Origin: Podarcis muralis
Lineage: Eukaryota
Direction: 5' to 3'
Assembly (NCBI RefSeq): GCF_964188315.1
Contig: NC_135667.1
Span: 13,268,001-13,332,000 of the forward strand
DNA length: 64,000 nucleotides
The position numbers and the translations under genes are program-made. The notes beneath the pieces are model-generated. The model searched no databases. It saw nothing but the letters and a program-made list of their open reading frames with translations, and was not told the DNA's origin. Within the stretch, counting starts at the first letter, position 1. Every line of letters starts with the position of its first letter. Shown here in pieces: positions 57,596 to 64,000 of this stretch.

Positions 57596-58087
57596 TGAGA
57601 CCCTCTTGCATTATGATGATGTTGTCGATGTTGTCGATGTTGTTGTTGTTGTTGCTGCTGCTGCTGTCATTGTTCTGTAAGCTTCTCTGGGATCTTTTTT
57701 AGATTATGAGTGTGGTAGAAATGTTATTAATAGATAAGGAAGTAAGTAAAGATCTTTCTCTCCTACTTTCCTCTTTGTCTCAGATGATGCTCCATATTGA
57801 TGTGTCAACATTTCCTTGCCCATAATCTTTCTGAATAGGGCTACCCATTGAAATACATCCCCTCTGGTCTCTTACCACAGTCTCCTTTGCCTTGTTAAAG
57901 GTATCAATTTATATACCTCAGTAGCATGTAAGGAGTCAATCCCTCCAGCAGAAGGCTCATCACCTTGGCTGTGTCGGAGTTCACAGATTGTGAAAAGAAA
58001 TATATAGTTGTTTCCTGTGTCTTTTAGAAAGAGATGGTAGACTTGTCTGTGGACTAACGCTTGAATGCTGGTGTTAAATATTCAGCA

Positions 58088-58113
58088 GCCCTTGGAGATG
58101 TGTCTCTAAGGAA
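58088..58113 (-). promoter_or_regulatory. Putative OR-10 promoter: tandem O/E pair
   Basis: gcccttggaga-tgtg-tctctaaggaa; donor gtg|gtaaga 212 bp downstream (57876). Confidence 0.55.
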
Positions 58114-59189
58114 TGTTCTCATTATCCATTAAAACAAACTCTCTTTTGGGACGGAACATCTTCATTTGCTATAGTGAAACATGGGTAATTCCACAGGCAA
58201 TTGTCTGTTATTTTGAGTTGAAGACACCCAACTGTTCAGGGTGGTAAAAACAAAAGGGGATTATGAGGAGCTCCAAAAGAGTCTTTCCCCACTGCATAAA
58301 TGTGCATTAAATTGAGGAAGGGCAGAAATGTAACTCAGTGTAAATAAGAGTAAATTGATTCACATTGGGACCAAAAATCCTAACTTCACATACACACTAA
58401 TTAGGTGTGAACTGGCATGGAAAGAGATGTTGGCTTAATAGTAGACAGCTTGGTGAAATTGTGGAGCCATGTGTGGCAGCTGTGAATTAATTTCATGTTA
58501 GGGATCTTCAGGAAAGGGGTTGAAAATAAAACTGTAAATTTCTTGAAGATTCGCAGTACCTAATCTTAAGTGGCGTAGAGAGTCTGCTCATTTACGTAAT
58601 ATTCTTTTGACCCTTCGGGTTCCATAGTTTAAAATGGAAGATGGTAGCGTTTGAGATTTTCTACAATCACTCCCTTAACAAACAACAACAACAGCCATGT
58701 ACTAGAAGGCATAATCAACCTTTTTGAAGTCAGATTGGATGGTATAGAAAGAATGGAAGGCAAAACTGCTACCTCTTGATGCACCCCTACTCCCAATAAC
58801 TAAACATTTCTCATTCTGCAGAGCAAGTAGATCATGCTCATTCACCAGATTGGAATCAATAGGGTTTACAAATTAAATGATTTTTAAAAACAAAACAAAA
58901 AAACCCTTACAGCTCCAGAAGTTAACTTTCTATTGGGTGACATATCCTGCAGCTGGCTATAGATTTACCAGGTTATACACTTTCTAAAATAATCAAGTAT
59001 ATCAGCTCAGGCACCATGCAACCGAAATAGTTTTGAATAACTTGAAAGATCCAAGCCTCTAGGGAAGGACATTGTTTTTCAAATATTCAAAATTGGCAGA
59101 AAAATCCAAACAGAGATTTAGACCTCCATTCCAATTAAAATATAACATGATGGTGGCAACGGAATATGATAATGAACAAGACAGTTGCG

Positions 59190-59318
59190 TCAATTCTTTA
59201 TTTTTCTAAGCTGCTGCCTTTTGTTCAGTTCAGCCCTCGACACAATAAAAAGACATTTTGGGGAACATATGAAGTCCAGTAACCCAGCACTGGAGGCCAA
59301 GATCTCCACAGCAGCCAT
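59190..59318 (-). pseudogene. V2R TM7 and C-tail remnant
   Basis: MAAVEI[FSI deleted][36 protein letters not shown]; aligns to the end of the intact V2R exon. Confidence 0.85.
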
Positions 59319-59477
59319 TCTGTATATTATCCTTATATACTCAGATATGTTAGAACAGAGGAATTTAACAAAAATATATCACAGATTTATAAAGAATTAT
59401 TCCTCAAGTAAGCATACAGATTGCATTCCATTTACATTTTATTGAGGGAATAAAAATAGTTGCAAATATCCCATTGA

Positions 59478-59697
59478 GAGCCAGTGTGGTGTAGTGGTTA
59501 AGAGCGGTAGTCTCGTAATCTGGGGAACCGGGTTCGCGTCTCCGCTCCTCCACATGCAGCTGCTGGGTGACCTTGGGCCAGTCACACTTCTTTGAAGTCT
59601 CTCAGCCCCACTCACCTCACAGAGTGTTTGTTGTGGGGGAGGAAGGGAAAGGAGAATGTTAGCCGCTTTGAGACTCCTTAAGGGGAGTGAAAGGCGG
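59478..59697 (+). mobile_element. Squam3-like SINE running into the gap
   Basis: Near-identical to 23391-23610. Confidence 0.88.
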
Positions 59698-59830
59698 NNN
59701 NNNNNNNNNNNNNNNNNNNNNNNNNNNNNNNNNNNNNNNNNNNNNNNNNNNNNNNNNNNNNNNNNNNNNNNNNNNNNNNNNNNNNNNNNNNNNNNNNNNN
59801 NNNNNNNNNNNNNNNNNNNNNNNNNNNNNN
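59698..59830. other. Assembly gap (133 N)
   Basis: Run of N. Confidence 0.99.
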
Positions 59831-59864
59831 TAAGATGTATAAGGGTTACAGAATGTTAGATATG

Positions 59865-60766
59865 TCAATCCTTTCTTCTACTTAGCTGCTCCCTGCTGTT
59901 CAGCTGAGGCGTCACCAGAATTATATAACACTTTGGGGAAAATATACAGCTTAGTAAACCAGCACTGGAGGCTAAGATAGAGAAGATCTCCACAGCCACC
60001 ATATATTTTCCTCTTGTGCTCAGATAGGTGGGAACAAAGGACAGCCACACACTGCAAAATACCAGCATGCTGAAGGTGATGAACTTGGCTTCATTAAAAC
60101 TGTCTGGTAACTTCCTAGCTAGGAAGGCTACAGTGAAGCTGACAATGGCTAGCAAGCCCATAAAGCCCAAGACACAGTAGAACATGGTGACTGAGCCTTC
60201 ATTACATTGCAGAACAATTTTTTTAGTCACAGAGTGCATATCAAAATCTGGGAATGGGGAAGACGTTGCCAGCCATACACAACAAAGGGCGGCCTGAGTC
60301 AGGGAGCAGGAAAGAACAATGGAGGTGGCCTGTTGTTTCCCCACCCATTTCCTCATCCTGGAACCTGGTTTGGTGACCCTGAAAGCAAGGACCACAATGA
60401 TTGTCTTGGCCAACACACAAGAAACTGCCACTGAAAAGATGATGCCAAATGCTGTTTGTCGAAGGAGACATGTCACTTTCTCAGGTCGACCGATGAATAG
60501 CAAAGCACAAAGGAAGGCGAGAAAGAGGGAGGTGAGGAGAGTATAGGTGAGGTTCTGGTTGTTGGCTCTAACTATGGGAGTGTCTCTGTGTTTAATAAAG
60601 ACCCAAAGCACCAAAGCTGTGGTGAAAGAAAGGGAAAGAGCAAGAACTGCCAAAGAGATCCCCAAAGGTTCTCCGTAAGACAAGAAAATTATGTCCTTCG
60701 GCATGCATGAATCCCGTTCCATGTTTGGGTAATGATCTTGTGGGCACTGAAGGCATTCATCCATGT
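59865..60766 (-). CDS. V2R last exon (end of Cys-rich domain plus 7TM), 902 bp
   Basis: [67 protein letters not shown]; acceptor ttcag; phase 1 fits the previous exon. Confidence 0.96.
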
Positions 60767-61029
60767 CTGAAAACAAACAACAAACAACATGATCAGGTTT
60801 CTATATGTTGCAGCAGAATTTGTGTTGTTGTGATGTAGTAATATGAAATATCAGACTTACAAATGTCAAACTTTCATTGGCTAGAAATAGATTGATCCCT
60901 AAGTAGATTAAATAATGTTTAAATAGATCCCTAAAAAGATTGTGTTGCACATTTATAGATGTGCAAAATTCAATATATAGTTATACTCCCATCCACATAT
61001 GGGTCCAATCACTTTTTTTAAATATACAG

Positions 61030-61305
61030 CAGAGTTTTCCAAACTGTGTGTTGTGACACTTTAGTGTGTCAGCTGCAGTGTGTAGGTGTGTCAAGTGAAT
61101 GCTCCACACACTCCTCCTGGGGTTGGAAATGAAGCAGGCAGTTGTGTCCCCATACATTTCATTATTAGAATTTATGTATGTGTCTCTATATCTTATAAGG
61201 GGTTAGTTTAATCTCCAGTTTGCTAGTAAAACTGAATTCCTGTGTCACGAAATGATGATGCATGTCTAAAGTGTGCCAACAATATGAAAAGCTTGAAAAG
61301 CTCTG
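61030..61305. mobile_element. hAT-type MITE in V2R intron
   Basis: Ends cagagttttccaaact / agcttgaaaagctctg; flanks atatacag / atataaca. Confidence 0.55.
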
Positions 61306-61722
61306 ATATAACAATATAAATTTATAATTCTTTCTTTTTTCTATTTTCCATGACTTCTCACCAGATCATTCTTTGGACATTGAACATGCTCAGTCCCTTT
61401 GTGTTTTTTCTTTAAAAGAAAAGGGTTTGTCAAAAAGAATTGTGTTCCAATTCTGCAATCATGCTTTTTTCCAAAATAAACATTATACCTCCTTCTTCTA
61501 AATGAGTGGTGGTTTGTTTTTCTCTCCTCCCTGTTTGGTGTACATAATGACCAGCTCTGAATGACTTGGGACTGCTATTGCTAAGTTTATCAGGCTGTAT
61601 CCTCATATGAGGAACCATAAACTTTACTGAATTTTGAGGAATGTTCTCAATTTAAGGGAAATGAATGTCTGAATACCTGAATGACAGTACATTTGATAGG
61701 CTGTGTACATGATGTCTCTTAC

Positions 61723-61849
61723 CCATCTGGTTGGAAAACTTCCCTTGTGGACACAGAATGCAATCATAGCAGCAAAATGGTTCCCCTTCCTTCTTTGCTT
61801 TATGGTAACCCAAAGGGCATTTATCATTACAAACAGAAAGGGGCTGCAC
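61723..61849 (-). CDS. V2R penultimate exon (nine-cysteine domain), 127 bp
   Basis: VQPLSVCNDKCPLGYHKAKKEGEPFCCYDCILCPQGKFSNQM; cag| and |gtaag boundaries. Confidence 0.95.
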
Positions 61850-61966
61850 CTGTCCATAAATGAAAGAAGAGAAGGTTTTCTCTTTTGCAAGCTTGTATAT
61901 CAACATTGGGAACTGTGAATAACTCTGGAAGTAATAGATATGGTACAAAATATGAATGGACCTCAC

Positions 61967-62194
61967 CTGGTTAAAACTGCTGGGCCACACAAAGTCTTCT
62001 TCCCAAATCCTCAACACTTCTCCTTGGGGAGCCATGGAGTCTATCTTTCCAACTTTGATTCTCTGAAAGGACTGATTTGGAAATGTGATCCAGTTTATAA
62101 TATCAAATCCAGCCTCTATCTCTCCATTTTCATTGAAGGAAACCTTTTCCCCAACAGTGTTATTAAATACTATTCTCTTAACAAAGTGGTTAAG
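61967..62194 (-). CDS. V2R exon (canonical exon 4), 228 bp
   Basis: LNHFVKRIVFNNTVGEKVSFNENGEIEAGFDIINWITFPNQSFQRIKVG..VWPSSFNQ; tag| and |gtgag boundaries. Confidence 0.93.
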
Positions 62195-62472
62195 CTAAAG
62201 AAAGAGGGGATAAAGAAAAAACAACCAATGGATATGTCAAAGGCTGTGGATCATTCCCACTTTATTCCAAACTCTTGAAAAACTTTATGCCTGATAATCG
62301 TAAATATAGAGAGAAGATGTGCACATACCACCTTGAGGTAGTAATTAGTAAAGCAATCTTAACCTTGCAGGGCAGCAGCAGGATATGACAGGGAGGAATA
62401 GCCACCATTGCATCCACAGCCATATCACTCACACCTGCTGTGGCGGAAGGCAGGGACAACAATACTCTACAC

Positions 62473-62608
62473 CAGTGTTTCCCAACCTTGGGCCTCCAGC
62501 TGTTTTTGAACTACAATTCCCATCATCCCTGACCACTGGTCTTGCTAGCTAGGGATGATGGGAGTTGTAGTCCCAAAACAGCTGGAGGCCCAAGGTTGGG
62601 AAACACTG
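62473..62608. mobile_element. hAT-type palindromic MITE (same family as 36405)
   Basis: TIR cagtgtttcccaaccttg; perfect 8-bp TSD ctctacac. Confidence 0.9.
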
Positions 62609-62907
62609 CTCTACACCATGCTCGTCATCATGTCTTTTTGGAATTTAAACAGATTTTCAATTATTTTTATAATCATTTGAATCTGGTGAGACCTTGGGCT
62701 TCAGCAAATTCATGAAGGAAGCAGGAAATCTATTCCTAGTATTCAATGCTGCTTTATACATTCTCAGGAAACAGAGACATCATGCATCTGAAAACCAGGC
62801 ACTAGGGAAAAACAGTGGGAGAAAACTATTGCTATCTGGTTGGCTGGTAAAGGAAGGCTCTGTACTGATCGATCCTTCCTTTGTTCTTGGTGTATTCGGG
62901 ACATTAC

Positions 62908-63765
62908 CTTCCATAATTCTTGATCCTGAAGCTTTACTCCTCCATCTACTTTCATTCTGTCTTTGTATCTAGATGAATGCATGGCCTGCAATGCATGTGC
63001 TATTGCAAAGGCAGCTGTGTAGACACTGTAGCTGTGGCCAGTCATGCTCATTTCAAAAACAGATGCAGGAAGAGTCTCCAACTTCTCCTCTCCACTGCAG
63101 ATTTCTTCATTCTGTAGGTCTACCATAGCTATGGGGAACAGACACCCAAATGTCTGCTCCCAGAAAACCCTAACGAAGCCATCTTCCTTCTCTGAAGTGG
63201 GGTTTCTCATCAGAAGAAATTTCTGGAATCCTAAAACTTCACTGGAGTGAACAGCAAAGGATATAGCACCATGTAGGAAGTCTATGTCCCAATCTCTTTG
63301 AAGAGGAATGGAAGTGAACTCCATCTCAGCTGTCATTATCCAGACTTTACCATTTCTCTTTGTTGATATATGCTCATATGCTGAAGCCTTAGAAAATATC
63401 CTCAGGATGAGCATGGTCTCTATTTCACCATGAATGACCAATGCAATGACAGTGCTCTTCATAATGATTTCAGTCTTCTCAATTACATCTCCCACCATAT
63501 CATTAATAGTACTGGAAAAAGACACTTTGAGAAGTCTTACTATGAAATCAAAGCAGATACCTTTCTGGGCAAACATGGGGATAATATTCTGTTCAAACCT
63601 CTCTCCATTGTCATCGTGCCGAGAAATTACTCCAATCCATGTCCACTTGAAATATAGCAGTATGTGGAGAATTGTCTCATACTGAAGCTTCAAATTTGGG
63701 AACATTTGGAGATAGAAAGCAGCTTGGGTTTTCTTATCTATCACCACAGGAGAGCCATATATGAT
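62908..63765 (-). CDS. V2R large ligand-binding-domain exon (canonical exon 3), 858 bp; exons 1-2 lie beyond the window
   Basis: IIYGSPV..FYLQMFPN..FKWTWIGVI..KVWIMTAE..GAISF..FWEQTFGC..GHSYSVYTAAFAIAHAL..QELWK; tag| and |gtaatg; 286 codons with no stop. Confidence 0.93.
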
Positions 63766-63922
63766 CTAATGGAAATTAAAAAAGTTAAGAAGTGAGGAGA
63801 CCTGTAGTGGCCAGCAGGGTAGGACAAGTGTGCTCAGAGATTCCGTGATGTTCTGGAAAGGTGAGTAGCGGGGTAAAGCAGCAGTAAGATTTGTGCAGTG
63901 CAGATACACTGATGAAGTCAAT

Positions 63923-64000
63923 ATGTACAGGTGGTACATGACTCCAGTCAAGCTTGCAAAAATTTACCACTTGCCTGATAATAAATGCTGGAAATGTAAA
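63923..64000 (+). mobile_element. L1 fragment in V2R intron, continues past the window end
   Basis: [26 protein letters not shown], the L1 ORF2 C-terminal Cys region. Confidence 0.8.

Overview
Squamate genomic DNA, most likely a lacertid lizard (inferred from Sauria, Squam2- and Squam3-type SINEs and BovB). The window covers a chemoreceptor cluster. It holds ten intact single-exon olfactory receptor (OR) CDSs: two OR4Q-like (OR-1, OR-2) and eight OR11-like (OR-3 to OR-10, numbered left to right; only OR-9 is on the + strand). There are also two clear and one tentative OR remnants, the last four exons of an intact vomeronasal type-2 receptor (V2R), and a V2R C-terminal remnant. The spacers are dense in transposons: a young CR1, a young non-autonomous Ty1/Copia element with identical LTRs, BovB, another RTE, L1, L2, SINEs, and hAT and Tc1/mariner MITEs. 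Two 133-N assembly gaps are present. Most interesting observations: (1) a fixed-spacing tandem O/E (EBF) site pair upstream of five OR11-like genes, including the inverted one; (2) a U_UUA_AAC slippery heptamer at the CR1 ORF1/ORF2 junction with ORF2 in the -1 frame; (3) a recently mobile but coding-dead Copia element; (4) an OR11-like clade that has replaced two canonical OR motifs; (5) complementary start/acceptor lesions buffered by an M-E-M N-terminus; (6) direct OR-V2R adjacency. Family names come from motif recognition by eye; no database search was run.
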